Shown here one piece after another: positions 10,666 through 20,615 of a stretch of DNA of 64,000 nt. The stretch covers positions 192,001 to 256,000 of the forward strand of contig CAVUHW010000020.1 in assembly GCA_963741205.1 (NCBI GenBank), written 5' to 3'. How positions within the stretch are numbered: the first letter of the stretch is position 1; the number at the start of each line of letters is the position of its first letter. The notes beneath the pieces were generated by a model, which made no database searches, was not told the DNA's origin, and saw nothing but the letters and a program-made list of their open reading frames with translations. Position numbers and translations under genes: made by a program. This DNA comes from Nitrospirota bacterium. Its GTDB lineage: Bacteria; Nitrospirota; UBA9217.

Positions 10666-11288
10666 TGATGAGAAAAATATTAATCAGCGCGCTGGCCGCG
10701 GCTATCGCGCTCTCATCCGCGGCGCCGGTATTCGCTCAGCAGGGGCCGCCCGCTGCCCGGTATGACGATAGGGCGGGGCTTGGCAATCCGCATGCGGCCG
10801 GAGGAGCTCCCTCGGAGGAAAAGCGTGAAGAGATCAGAAAAAAAATCGAGGCGGTCAGGATCTGGCGCCTCACGGAAGCGCTGAAGCTCGATGGCCAGAC
10901 GAGCTCGAAGCTGTCTGCCCTGCTCGGCTCCTGTGAGCACCGGAGGAAAGGCATCATCCGCGAGCAGACGGCGACGATGAGAGAAATCCGGCACGCCCTT
11001 ACCTCTACGAAACCGGACACGTCGAAAATCAAGACCGCCCTCGATAAACTGGAAAAGAACCGGCATGCCATGCAAGAGCTCAGGGACGAGGAGCTCAGCG
11101 GAGTCAAGAGCATCCTGACGGTCGAACAACAGGCGCGTTTCCTACTGTTCCAGCAGGATTTCAGGCATGAGATGCAGGGAATCATCGACGATGCCCGGCG
11201 GGGCGGTGCGGGCAGCGGCCCCGCGGGGCCCCCCCCCCGAAAGGGCGATACCGGCGTAAACCGCCCGGAGCGCTCGCAGGCTAATTGA
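10665..11288 (+). CDS. Periplasmic Spy/CpxP-like (heavy-metal sensor type) protein
   Basis: Signal peptide, helical body, ILTVEQQARF (LTxEQ motif); TAATG coupling to the anti-sigma stop. Confidence 0.7.
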   Translation: MMRKILISALAAAIALSSAAPVFAQQGPPAARYDDRAGLGNPHAAGGAPSEEKREEIRKKIEAVRIWRLTEALKLDGQTSSKLSALLGSCEHRRKGIIREQTATMREIRHALTSTKPDTSKIKTALDKLEKNRHAMQELRDEELSGVKSILTVEQQARFLLFQQDFRHEMQGIIDDARRGGAGSGPAGPPPRKGDTGVNRPERSQAN

Positions 11289-11650
11289 GGGAAAGACACC
11301 TGGCTGCACCTAGACGACTCATAAGGAACCGGGTAATTTACCGCCTCTTTTCACTTCAGATGGGCAATCCCCATCCGCGCACGTCTGGCGATCCTCCTCA
11401 ATGTCGCTCATTCCAAAGTATCCCGCTGAATATTCTATCAGTGAGCGTCCCTGACCAATAAACCTGGTTTTAACCAAAAACTAGGTGAAAAAAATGCTTT
11501 TCATTTAAATCTGCCTATGATAGACTAGAATCGGTCAGTGAGATACCTGCCCCGCATGGACTGATTTTTAGAAAACGCCCGTTTCCTGCGGAGCGTGCCA
11601 ATATTCGCACGGGTACATTTGATCTCGAAAAACGATTTTCAGCGAAGAAT

Positions 11651-13699
11651 GTGCAATGCGTCGGAGGCATTGTGACGAACACGATCGCCGGAGAACAGCT
11701 GCAGGACCTCTTGAGGACCGAGATGTGGCGGGACCACTTCACGGCCCTTTCCGAGAGCCTCGGATTTTCTCTGAGTGTTTATTCACAGTCGGGAACACTG
11801 ATCATGGCTCCTCCCGGCCCGTTTCCCCTCTGCCCGGCGTTCCGCTCGGCCTCCTCCTCGTTCAACGCGCATTGCGACGCGCAATGCCTGACCCGGGCGT
11901 TAAACACCCTGTCGACGAATAAACCCGACGTCTTCAAGTGTCAAGCAAAAATAGTGAGTTTCGCCCTTCCTATCGAATACCGGGGAGATAGAGCGGTCAT
12001 TCTCGGGCAGGGGTCGTTCTCCTCGTACAACGATTTCCGTGAATACATGAACAGCGTGGATGCCGGTGACCTTGACTCGGTTTCCATACCCCTCCCGACG
12101 TCCTTTACGACCTTCGAACAGGCGTGGAAAGTCTGCGGTTTTGTGGCCGACTCCGTGATGAGGCTCCTGAAAAACACCCAGGAAACCGCGAGTCTCAGGG
12201 AAAAGTTCGGACGCTTGAAAGATTTCATTGCAATGTGCGGTACGCTCGAAGAGGAGCGGCCCGAAACGTTGTATAAACACATGATAAGCAAGCTGGCCTC
12301 GCTGTTTGACCTCGGTCATGTCTCCATTTTTATCGATGAAAAAAAACAGGGAATCTTTACGAACCGCGTCGGCCTGGAAAGCGGAGGCGGGTCGCGAGAT
12401 CTCTTCAGCATCATCGACCATGATACGATCGTTGAGGATTTGATCGGCGGCAAAGCGTTCGTCCGCGCCTCGGGCCCTTCGGGAGCACGCGGCGCCGGCC
12501 CCCTCCCCGGACATGAGGACCTCTATTTTTTCCCCATCATGATCAACAAGAGGCTTGAGGGCATCCTCTATGCTGCCGGCAAGAATCTCACGGAGGGCGA
12601 TACGCAAATGATCATCGCATTCTGCAGGCAAGCCGCCCTGTCTATCGAGAACCAGCGTCTCCATCAAAAGCTCTACAGGAAGTTCGACCGGTTCGCCGCG
12701 ATTGCGGAGCTGACAAAATCCATAACACCCATCCAGAATTACGATAAGCTGATCAGGACGATCCTTGAGCAGTCCATCTCTTTGCTCAGGGCGGAGCGGG
12801 GCTCCCTGATGCTCATCGACCAAGAGAGCGACGACCTGCTCCTCGAGGCGCAACAAGGCGCAGTGAACGGCGTGGTAGAAAAGCTCAGAATCAACCGGGG
12901 CGAAGGGATAGCCGGCAAGGTGGCCGAATTCGGAGAACCCATCCTTGTCGAAGACCTTGAACACGATCCGAGGATCATGCAGAAAAACAGGTATCACTAC
13001 AAAACGCGTTCTTTCGTCAGCGTCCCGCTCAAGATCGATGAACGCATCATCGGCGTGCTCAACCTTTCCGATAAGATATCCGGAGAGGTGTTCGATGAAG
13101 ACGACCTCAAGCTTATTCAGTCTTTTGTAACGCAGGCCGCCATCGTCATGGAACGACAGCATTTTATCAATCAAACCGAGGAACTCAAAAAACTGACCAA
13201 CACAGATCCCCTGACGGGCCTCCCGAACCGCAGATATCTTTATGAACGGCTGAAAAACGAATTGGCAAGGGCTGATCGACACATCCGCCCTCTCTGCCTT
13301 CTGATGCTTGATCTGGACGGGTTCAAGGCGTGCAACGACACCCTGGGCCATCTTTTCGGAGACAGGATCCTGAAAAACATAGCAGACGCCGTATTTCACA
13401 CCGTGCGCTCCATGGACATCGTAGCGCGATACGGCGGTGATGAGTTCATGATAATTCTTCCCGAGACTGAAGAACCGCTGGCGATGGATATCGCGGAGCG
13501 GGTGCGGAATAATATCAGAAGGCAGGTGACGCTGCCCCGGGATGCGTCCTCAGAGGGACCGCATACCCTGACGGCCAGTATCGGAATCGCCTGCTTTCCC
13601 GAACACGGGGAAACGGTCGAACTTCTTCTTGAGCATGTTGACAAGGCGTTGTACCGCGCCAAGGAGAAGGGGAAAAACAGAATAGAGGTCTTTTCCTAA
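11651..13699 (+). CDS. Cytoplasmic diguanylate cyclase (PocR-like, GAF, GAF, GGDEF)
   Basis: Cys-containing PocR-like N-terminus (PLC, HCDAQC, FKCQAK, ILGQ), GAF domains, RSMD I-site and GGDEF. Exact start uncertain. Confidence 0.85.
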   Translation: MQCVGGIVTNTIAGEQLQDLLRTEMWRDHFTALSESLGFSLSVYSQSGTLIMAPPGPFPLCPAFRSASSSFNAHCDAQCLTRALNTLSTNKPDVFKCQAKIVSFALPIEYRGDRAVILGQGSFSSYNDFREYMNSVDAGDLDSVSIPLPTSFTTFEQAWKVCGFVADSVMRLLKNTQETASLREKFGRLKDFIAMCGTLEEERPETLYKHMISKLASLFDLGHVSIFIDEKKQGIFTNRVGLESGGGSRDLFSIIDHDTIVEDLIGGKAFVRASGPSGARGAGPLPGHEDLYFFPIMINKRLEGILYAAGKNLTEGDTQMIIAFCRQAALSIENQRLHQKLYRKFDRFAAIAELTKSITPIQNYDKLIRTILEQSISLLRAERGSLMLIDQESDDLLLEAQQGAVNGVVEKLRINRGEGIAGKVAEFGEPILVEDLEHDPRIMQKNRYHYKTRSFVSVPLKIDERIIGVLNLSDKISGEVFDEDDLKLIQSFVTQAAIVMERQHFINQTEELKKLTNTDPLTGLPNRRYLYERLKNELARADRHIRPLCLLMLDLDGFKACNDTLGHLFGDRILKNIADAVFHTVRSMDIVARYGGDEFMIILPETEEPLAMDIAERVRNNIRRQVTLPRDASSEGPHTLTASIGIACFPEHGETVELLLEHVDKALYRAKEKGKNRIEVFS

Positions 13700-13700
13700 T

Positions 13701-15371
13701 ATGCTGTTCAGTCCACTCCGGAATAATGATTTTGTCGACAGACAGGAAGAGCTTTCCAGCCTCTCTGCGCGAATTCTCCAGGCGGACAAGGGCCGGGGGC
13801 GGAGCGCCGTGCTGTCAGGCCCCCGCGGCGTCGGGAAGACGGAGTTGCTCAGGCGCCTCTTCGGCGATCTGTTCTGGAAGCAGGACCGTGTGGCCCCTTT
13901 CCAGTTCACCGTCAATCCGGCGCTGCTGTCCGTAGCGGCATTTTCCAAATCATATCTCTGCCGGTTTCTCTGTCAACGTCTCGCGTTTCAGAAACGGGAG
14001 CAGGCCCTGCTGTATCGTGACGGGATGTCCATCGACGCGCTGTCGACTCTCGCCGAGGAGATGGATGCGGTATGGGCCAAGGAGATACTTGACCAGTACG
14101 CGCAGAATTCCGGCGATCCCCTGGACGCTTTCCGTATTGCCCTTGCAGCCCCGCGCAGTTCAGTCCTTGCCACAGGGATGCCCGTCGCGGTTCTGATCGA
14201 CGATTTTCACTGGCTCCAGGGCCTCCATCTCGACAGCAACCCCGATCCCCGGCTGGTATCGCTCTTCGAAGAACCGGTGTCGTACGGGAAAACGCCCCAT
14301 CTGATCACGGGAAATGCAGCCCAGCTTCAGGATATGCCCATCGCCGGCAGTCTTGAGCGCATACCCGTGCAACCGCTCGGCCCCTCAGGGACGTCGTCGA
14401 GAACACTCTCCCTGCTGACTGCGCATCAAGCCCAGGGTGAGGTGCCTGCTCTTCTGCTACAGCGTCTCGGCGGAAACCCGCTGTACCTGGACTGCGTCGT
14501 CACCAGGGCGTGCGTGTCGAACAATCCAACGGAAAAGGATTTTTGGAACGCCTACACCCGGGAGATCACGGAAGGGAAACTCTCCCTCTTCTGGCTGTCC
14601 GCCTTGAAGCGCGCCTTCCCGGACCTGGGGCTGCGCAGAGTCGCCCTCGCAATGACCTACAAAATCTATCATGCCGCCGAGCCCTTATCCTGCGAGCGGC
14701 TTGCAAAATCTTTTTCCCTGACGGAGAGCCGCGCGCATGACACAGCAAATGCCCTCTACCTCGCGGGTTTCATCCGTGGAGAGTTCGGCGTCTTCAGGGC
14801 GGTGGAAGACCCCGTTGTGAAGGATATTATCGAGAGCCTCTACATGAAAGAAATCCTTGGGAAGTCTTCTCATGACCTGGAGAAAAACCTCCTCGACAAG
14901 CTGCTGCCGCAAAAGGAGCCCGTCTTCCGCTTTGACATGGTCCTTCCGCTGACCAAGGATGCGGAACTCGTTGCGGCCAGGAGCCTTGAGCAAATAGGCA
15001 AGAACCTGAACCTCAACCAGGATGCCGTTGGTCAGATGCAGATAGCCTTCATCGAGGCCTGCATCAACGCAATGGAACACGGGCGGGGCAGCGAGGGAAA
15101 GGTCTACGTCAACATTGCCGCTGACGATGATCGATTGGAGGTTTCGGTTGAAAGCGCCGGGCAGGAGTTTATCATTCAGGAGACCGGCGAGCCCTTCGGT
15201 GACCGGGAAGCAAAGAAAGCATCGGGGAGAGGATGGGGCCTGAAATTGATCAAGCGCTTCGTCGATGATGTCAAGTTTGAAAAAACCGCTCGCGGCACAA
15301 AAGTCGTGCTCGTCAAAAAATTTGCAAAGTCCGCGGCCATTCAGGAGGAGTATACCGCAAACCATGAGTAA
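13701..15371 (+). CDS. P-loop ATPase fused to a C-terminal RsbW/SpoIIAB-type HATPase (anti-sigma kinase) domain
   Basis: FVDRQEEL, Walker A GPRGVGKT, Walker B VLIDDFH, LGGNPLYL; C-terminal EACINAMEHG and GRGWGLKLIKRFVDDV. Confidence 0.8.
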   Translation: MLFSPLRNNDFVDRQEELSSLSARILQADKGRGRSAVLSGPRGVGKTELLRRLFGDLFWKQDRVAPFQFTVNPALLSVAAFSKSYLCRFLCQRLAFQKREQALLYRDGMSIDALSTLAEEMDAVWAKEILDQYAQNSGDPLDAFRIALAAPRSSVLATGMPVAVLIDDFHWLQGLHLDSNPDPRLVSLFEEPVSYGKTPHLITGNAAQLQDMPIAGSLERIPVQPLGPSGTSSRTLSLLTAHQAQGEVPALLLQRLGGNPLYLDCVVTRACVSNNPTEKDFWNAYTREITEGKLSLFWLSALKRAFPDLGLRRVALAMTYKIYHAAEPLSCERLAKSFSLTESRAHDTANALYLAGFIRGEFGVFRAVEDPVVKDIIESLYMKEILGKSSHDLEKNLLDKLLPQKEPVFRFDMVLPLTKDAELVAARSLEQIGKNLNLNQDAVGQMQIAFIEACINAMEHGRGSEGKVYVNIAADDDRLEVSVESAGQEFIIQETGEPFGDREAKKASGRGWGLKLIKRFVDDVKFEKTARGTKVVLVKKFAKSAAIQEEYTANHE

Positions 15372-15723
15372 TTTTTCCTTATCGTCGAAAGCCGAACAAG
15401 TAAATATTGCCGTCATGATGCCCCACGGATATATTAATGACATGGGGGCTGCGAGTCTGGAGCAGATGAGCGAGCAGTTTCTGGACCATGGTTTGAAAAA
15501 GCTCGTCGTCAATTTTGCAGACGTGCAATTTATCAATACCATCGGGCTCTCCATTTTTCTGAGCATCGTTCAGAAAACGCTGGAATTCAAGAGCATGCTC
15601 TGCTTCACGAATATGAAGAAAGACCATCGCGAGATCTTCGAGATGGCGGGCCTGATGAAGTACGTCAAGGTCTTCAAGGACGAAGTCGACGCCTTCAACT
15701 ATTTGAACGGGAGAAATAATTAG
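15364..15723 (+). CDS. STAS-domain anti-anti-sigma factor
   Basis: GYIN...LVVNFADVQFINTIGL...EIFEMAGL; overlaps the upstream stop. Confidence 0.85.
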   Translation: MSNFSLSSKAEQVNIAVMMPHGYINDMGAASLEQMSEQFLDHGLKKLVVNFADVQFINTIGLSIFLSIVQKTLEFKSMLCFTNMKKDHREIFEMAGLMKYVKVFKDEVDAFNYLNGRNN

Positions 15724-15724
15724 C

Positions 15725-16948
15725 ATGGCGAATAACACCCTTCGCCTCAAGCGCCTGATGTTTAGCATCGCGTCCTTGATCGATCTGGGTCAGGAGGCAA
15801 CGTCCGCGAAGGTCTTGTCCGAAAAAATGAAAGCGGCCCTCTATGTCATTACGGGGACCTTTTCCGTGCCGACAGGGGCTCTGTTCGTGTATCACCCTCA
15901 AAGAAAAAATCTCAGGCTCCTCGCCGAAAAGGGGTTTCGCGAGAAGGACCTCCGGGAAATAAAGCTGGGTGTCCAGCCGGGACAAATAAAGTCTTTCAGG
16001 ATGAACGCCCCGCACTCCCTAAAAGACATCTCAGGGAGTTCGTTTTTCAGACAAAATAAAGACGCGTTCATGAAATTGCAGACGCGGATATTTCTTCCGC
16101 TCTTCGCCAAAGAGGAGTTTATCGGCGTCATCCTGCTCGGGAGGAAACTCGGCAATGCCCCCTACCGTCAGGGAGAGAAAGATGTCCTCACGGTGATAGC
16201 GCATCAAATGGCGATCACGCTGCATCATGCCCAGCTTTTCCTGGAACTGGCCAGGAAAGCCTCTGAAAACAGGAGGCTCTACAAAAATATGCAGCGGATC
16301 TACCACGACACGATCCAGGCATTTGCAACCGCTATCGACGCCAAGGACGGGTATACCAAGGACCATTCCTACCGGGTGGCGAGTTATGCCGTAGCGATCG
16401 CCAAGGAACTCGGATGGAAGAAAAAAGACGTGGAAGGGATCTATATCGCAGGATTGCTTCATGACATCGGGAAAATCATCATCGACACGAAAATCATCAG
16501 GAAAGACACAAAACTCACAGCAACCGAGTACAACGAAATCAGAAAGCATCCGCAGATATCATACGACATCCTCTCGAAGGTCAAGTTCCCCTGGAAGAAC
16601 ATAGACTTTTTCGTTCGCCATCACCATGAACGCATGGACGGGAAAGGATACCCCGATGCGCTCATCTCGGGCCAATTGAGCGAAGGCGTCAAGATCCTTG
16701 CCCTGGTCGATGCCTTTGACGCCATGACCACGGACCGCCCGTACCGGCATAGGCTGGGCCTTGATGAAACATTCACGGAAGTCATTAAATGCTGCGGGAC
16801 GCAATTTGACGAAAAGATCACGAAGACGTTTTTCACCTTGCTGCTCAGGGAATTAAGCGGCGAGGTCAAGGATCTGCAGATACTTCCCCTCCTCGATCAA
16901 GCTCAGACAGGTACTTTTACGGCCGTCCGTTTAGACACCGATATGTAG
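15725..16948 (+). CDS. GAF / HD-GYP cyclic dinucleotide phosphodiesterase
   Basis: TKDHSYRV, LLHDIGK, HHERMDGKGYP and DAFDAMTTDRPYR. Confidence 0.9.
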   Translation: MANNTLRLKRLMFSIASLIDLGQEATSAKVLSEKMKAALYVITGTFSVPTGALFVYHPQRKNLRLLAEKGFREKDLREIKLGVQPGQIKSFRMNAPHSLKDISGSSFFRQNKDAFMKLQTRIFLPLFAKEEFIGVILLGRKLGNAPYRQGEKDVLTVIAHQMAITLHHAQLFLELARKASENRRLYKNMQRIYHDTIQAFATAIDAKDGYTKDHSYRVASYAVAIAKELGWKKKDVEGIYIAGLLHDIGKIIIDTKIIRKDTKLTATEYNEIRKHPQISYDILSKVKFPWKNIDFFVRHHHERMDGKGYPDALISGQLSEGVKILALVDAFDAMTTDRPYRHRLGLDETFTEVIKCCGTQFDEKITKTFFTLLLRELSGEVKDLQILPLLDQAQTGTFTAVRLDTDM

Positions 16949-17028
16949 ACATCCGCAAGCACCGGCGCGGATGATTCCTCCCTTCCTTATGGTACCGCCC
17001 TCCGAATCATGATTATCTTCACTGTGTA

Positions 17029-17058
17029 TTGACAAACAACCCGCCGAGCCCGTATAAT
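17029..17058 (+). promoter_or_regulatory. Sigma70 promoter
   Basis: TTGACA-N18-TATAAT upstream of the YkgJ gene. Confidence 0.65.
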
Positions 17059-17090
17059 CCCCGGACCCCTGGGGAAAGGCGACGGTGCTC

Positions 17091-17705
17091 ATGAAAAGAA
17101 TCGTAAAAAAATACGAGAAGTTTCTCAATCTGACCACGGAGCAGTTCCGTGAAGCGACGAAGAAAAACAAGGTGAATTGCAAGCGAGGCTGCCATGAATG
17201 CTGTTCAGTGGGTTTCTTCGACATCACGCTGCTCGATGCGCTCTATCTGAGGGAAGGCCTCAAAAAGATCCCCGCCGGCATCAGAAAGCGCGTTGTGGAC
17301 AAGGCGAACGAGCAGTTGGACATTCTAGAGAAGAAAGGCGCCTTCTCCCGGAAGGACCCCCTTCTCAAAACACTGCCTGCAATCGACTCCATCTCCCGCC
17401 GCTCCGCCAAGATGCGCTGCCCGGCCCTCGACGACGAGGGCGTCTGCCTGATCTACGATATCCGCCCCCACATCTGCCGTATCTTCGGTCCTACGGTCCG
17501 CGGCAAAAGGCGCGCGGTGAGGCTTGAAGGCTGTGGCTATTTTGTCCACGATTTACCCGAGGAGGATTACCCAATCCTGGACCATTACGCCGACGAGGAC
17601 GTACTGCGCAAAGCCATGTTCGTCAAGGCCGGGCGCAAGCGGATCCGCGAGGTGGACACCATCATCCCAGCTGCTTTGGCCCTGGACCTGGAGAAGTGGC
17701 TGTAA
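17091..17705 (+). CDS. YkgJ family cysteine-cluster protein
   Basis: CKRGCHECC and CPAL...CLIYDIRPHICR. Confidence 0.85.
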   Translation: MKRIVKKYEKFLNLTTEQFREATKKNKVNCKRGCHECCSVGFFDITLLDALYLREGLKKIPAGIRKRVVDKANEQLDILEKKGAFSRKDPLLKTLPAIDSISRRSAKMRCPALDDEGVCLIYDIRPHICRIFGPTVRGKRRAVRLEGCGYFVHDLPEEDYPILDHYADEDVLRKAMFVKAGRKRIREVDTIIPAALALDLEKWL

Positions 17706-17710
17706 AGAAA

Positions 17711-17797
17711 ACGAAGTAAGAAGTCAGAAGGATGAAGTAAGAAAATATTTCGGATCAGCCGCATCTTTATTCTGACTTCTTAATTCTTACTTCTGCC
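17711..17797. repeat. Heptamer-periodic inverted-repeat element (AGAAGT(A/C) units)
   Basis: ACGAAGT-AAGAAGT-CAGAAGG-ATGAAGT on the left; TTCTGACTTCTT...TTCTTACTTCTG on the right (12-bp perfect stem). Confidence 0.7.
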
Positions 17798-17809
17798 TTG
17801 ACATACCTC

Positions 17810-18358
17810 ATGGAAATCATCAGTAAAAAAGTCGTCTGGCAGGGCAAGTTCATGAGCGCCGTGGAGATCACCTACCGCGACGCCCGGGGCGTACTCCGTA
17901 CGTGGGAGGCCCTGGAGCGGCTGGGGGTCGGCGGGATAGTTGTAATGGTCGCAGTCACGCCGGCCGGCAATGTCATACTCGAAAAACAGTTCCGGCCGCC
18001 GGTCGGCAGGGAGGTGCTGGAACTCCCCGCCGGCCTCGTCGAACCCGATGAGTCCATGGAGGTCGCTGCGAAACGCGAACTCATCGAGGAAACGGGCTGG
18101 TCTGCGGGCAGGCTCGAATTCCTTGCCGAGGGGCCCATATCAACCGGGGCCTCGACTGAGGCGCTTCGCGCCTATCTTTGTACTGACCTTGACTATGTCG
18201 GGAAAAACGGCGGAGATGATAACGAGATCATTGAGGTCATCGAGGTCCCAATCCAGCATGCCCAGGAATATCTTCGCACTGCCCAGTTAAAAGGCACCCT
18301 CATCGACCTCAAGGTGTTTGGGTTGGTGGAACTGGCGAGAAAAGAGCTGGGCCTTTAG
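17810..18358 (+). CDS. Nudix hydrolase (ADP-ribose pyrophosphatase-like)
   Basis: Nudix box GLVEPDESMEVAAKRELIEETG; QFRPP. Confidence 0.9.
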   Translation: MEIISKKVVWQGKFMSAVEITYRDARGVLRTWEALERLGVGGIVVMVAVTPAGNVILEKQFRPPVGREVLELPAGLVEPDESMEVAAKRELIEETGWSAGRLEFLAEGPISTGASTEALRAYLCTDLDYVGKNGGDDNEIIEVIEVPIQHAQEYLRTAQLKGTLIDLKVFGLVELARKELGL

Positions 18359-18582
18359 CGGCGGGGATATTTCCTGAAACAGGGGAATATCCCTTTTTCC
18401 TGGCACCTCAAACCCTGTCATCCTTGAGGTCGGGTTGCCGGCTGCGGATTTCGTCAGCGGTACACCTGGATTGCAAGCACTCCCCTCCTTCGCGACCGTC
18501 ACTGATAGTCCACGAACTCGCGGGATATTCTCCACAGAACCTATGGTGAAGCGCTCCCCCCTGGATATTCGTGATGATGTCG

Positions 18583-19095
18583 TCAGTCCTTCCCTTCCTC
18601 GATCGCAAGCGCTACGGCACCGGTGGAGGGATCGGGAACGCTCCACCGCAGCACCCACCGTGACAGGGTTGTCCGGACAGGAGGGGAATCGGCAGAACGG
18701 CGGTATTCCGCCCATGCAACAAGATCGAACCTCCAGTTCAGTGCCGCACGATATCCGAACATGTGGACCTTGCTCGCGGTCCCGGGGTGTGCAGGGAGCA
18801 GAAGGTCGTACACGTCCCAGCTGACGGTGCCACCGGGCGGGATCGATGCAACAGCCTTGCCGGGGAAGGCGCCGGAGACATCCTGGACCGTGCCTCCCTC
18901 CTGGCCGAGCGTCGCGTGCGGGACGATGCTGACCAGCTCCGCAGGGCACGCATTGCGTATTGTCAGGACCGCCCTGGTAAAGTGGATCTCCTTCCCGCCG
19001 CTCGCTGCCAGGCGTGAAGCAGCGGGCTCCAATGAGACAACGAGGCAGCGTTCCTGGTCCTCCCCTCCTGCAGTTCCCTCCCCTTTGTCCGGCAT
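18583..19095 (-). CDS. Hypothetical protein
   Basis: 170 aa ORF with GAGAGGAGG RBS, co-oriented after the radical SAM gene. Confidence 0.55.
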   Translation of the reverse strand: MPDKGEGTAGGEDQERCLVVSLEPAASRLAASGGKEIHFTRAVLTIRNACPAELVSIVPHATLGQEGGTVQDVSGAFPGKAVASIPPGGTVSWDVYDLLLPAHPGTASKVHMFGYRAALNWRFDLVAWAEYRRSADSPPVRTTLSRWVLRWSVPDPSTGAVALAIEEGKD

Positions 19096-19165
19096 GGCCC
19101 ACCTCCTCTCACAAGCGTCTTGTCCTTAGTATATCACGGCCTGGTGCGGCGGCAGTCCTCCCCCC

Positions 19166-20455
19166 TCATGAGAGGCAGTGGAACAGGCCGGTACACCAGA
19201 GACAGGCCCCGCAGGGGACCTGCCCAAGATAGCAGTCCTGCTCGAACTCCTCTTCGCTCACATAGTCGCATAGAGCGAAACCGCAGTCGAAACAAAAAGG
19301 GAACTGGTACCCGAGCACGCGTTCCCGGAAGGAACGGGAGGCAGCGTCGTTCCAGATGTCCAGGATGTCCCGGTCGCGCACGTTGCCGAGGACCCAGGGT
19401 TTCACCTGCTTGGCAACACCGCCTACATAGCAAGCATAACGGTGCCAGAGAAAATAGCAGGGATGGATGTTGCCGTCCCAGGAGACGAAAGCGCTGTTCC
19501 CTTCGACGAACTCGCACTTCCTCGTATTGCGGGGCGCCATGCCCGGAAGCGTCAACTCCACGCCTGCCTCCTGCGCGGCTTGCCGGGCCTCGTCAAAGAC
19601 CTTCTCAACCGACGCGAACCATTCCTCGTCCCGCCTGAGCAACCTGTCCAGGTGCAGGGTGATGCCCTGTGCCTCGGCATCGTTCCTCATCTGTCCCACA
19701 AGCTGCACGATGCGTACTTCATCCGGAGAATGACCAACCTTCGTGAGGGTGGTTAGATAACGGCGGATATCCAGGCCTTCCTGCAGCGCCTTTGCTTTCC
19801 AGTTCTCGTAAACTGCTATGGCAGCGGTCGTATTGGTATCGTAAGCTGTTTGCGCTACGATATCCTGGTGATAGGGAAGAAGCTGGGTGACAATGGCGAA
19901 ACTGGCGCCGGACCTGCCTGCCCAGCGGATCGCTGCCGGAAGGTCGGCAAGGTTGTTCCGCATCAGCACGAACTCGATCCCGATCCTGAGGTCGCGCCCC
20001 CGCCGACTCGCCTTTGCCTTGTTCAGGCTTGCAAAGGCGGCAACGATGCCCCTCATCTCGCCGCCGCTCCGGATGGAACGGAAGCTGTCGTCCGACACCG
20101 TGTCGAGGGAGATGCAGATGCGGCCGAGCCCCGCATCGACGAGCGATGCCGCCCGTTCGTCGGTCAGCAGCATGCCGTTCGACTGGAAACCCACCCAGGC
20201 GCTTTCAGGGAGAAGGGCTCGAGCACGGGAGATGAACGTTTCCAGGTGCGGATGGAGCAGGGGCTCGCCGATGCCGTTCAGAACAAGGGACTCAAGATAG
20301 GGAAAGGCCGGAGCAAGGCGCTCGAAGGTCTCCGGGGACATGGTCCCCTCGGGGATGCCGCCCGTGCCGTTCTGCTTCACGCACATGCCGCATTGCAGGT
20401 TGCAGAGCGTTGTCACTTCGACGAAGAGTTTTACAGGGTACTTGTTCAGTGCCAT
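19166..20455 (-). CDS. Radical SAM/SPASM putative metalloenzyme maturase (AOR-associated type)
   Basis: CNLQCGMC; SPASM region CEF...GNIHPC and a Cys-rich tail CFDCGFALC...CGACLWC...C. Confidence 0.85.
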   Translation of the reverse strand: MALNKYPVKLFVEVTTLCNLQCGMCVKQNGTGGIPEGTMSPETFERLAPAFPYLESLVLNGIGEPLLHPHLETFISRARALLPESAWVGFQSNGMLLTDERAASLVDAGLGRICISLDTVSDDSFRSIRSGGEMRGIVAAFASLNKAKASRRGRDLRIGIEFVLMRNNLADLPAAIRWAGRSGASFAIVTQLLPYHQDIVAQTAYDTNTTAAIAVYENWKAKALQEGLDIRRYLTTLTKVGHSPDEVRIVQLVGQMRNDAEAQGITLHLDRLLRRDEEWFASVEKVFDEARQAAQEAGVELTLPGMAPRNTRKCEFVEGNSAFVSWDGNIHPCYFLWHRYACYVGGVAKQVKPWVLGNVRDRDILDIWNDAASRSFRERVLGYQFPFCFDCGFALCDYVSEEEFEQDCYLGQVPCGACLWCTGLFHCLS

Positions 20456-20615
20456 ACTGAATTATAACCGTTCAATCTCTGAGGGGTATGATGCCGGTCA
20501 TATGCCCATTGCCCGGAAGAACCGCAGTCAGTTACGAATTAAATTCGGATCAAACGGGTAAGCATAGGTTAAATAGATCTGTGGGTGCCGGCGGGATGTC
20601 TGGTATAATACGGGT

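Noticed and set aside
11290-11650. Riboswitches in long leaders (here, upstream of the mgtE-type gene, aor, and 47550-47990)
   Set aside because: I could not recognise c-di-GMP, M-box or Moco/Wco consensus by eye; a covariance-model (Rfam) search would be needed.
13701-15371. Anti-phage STAND/Avs defence system
   Set aside because: No nuclease, TIR, SIR2 or TPR sensor is evident; the RsbW-like domain with STAS, GGDEF and HD-GYP neighbours points to signalling.
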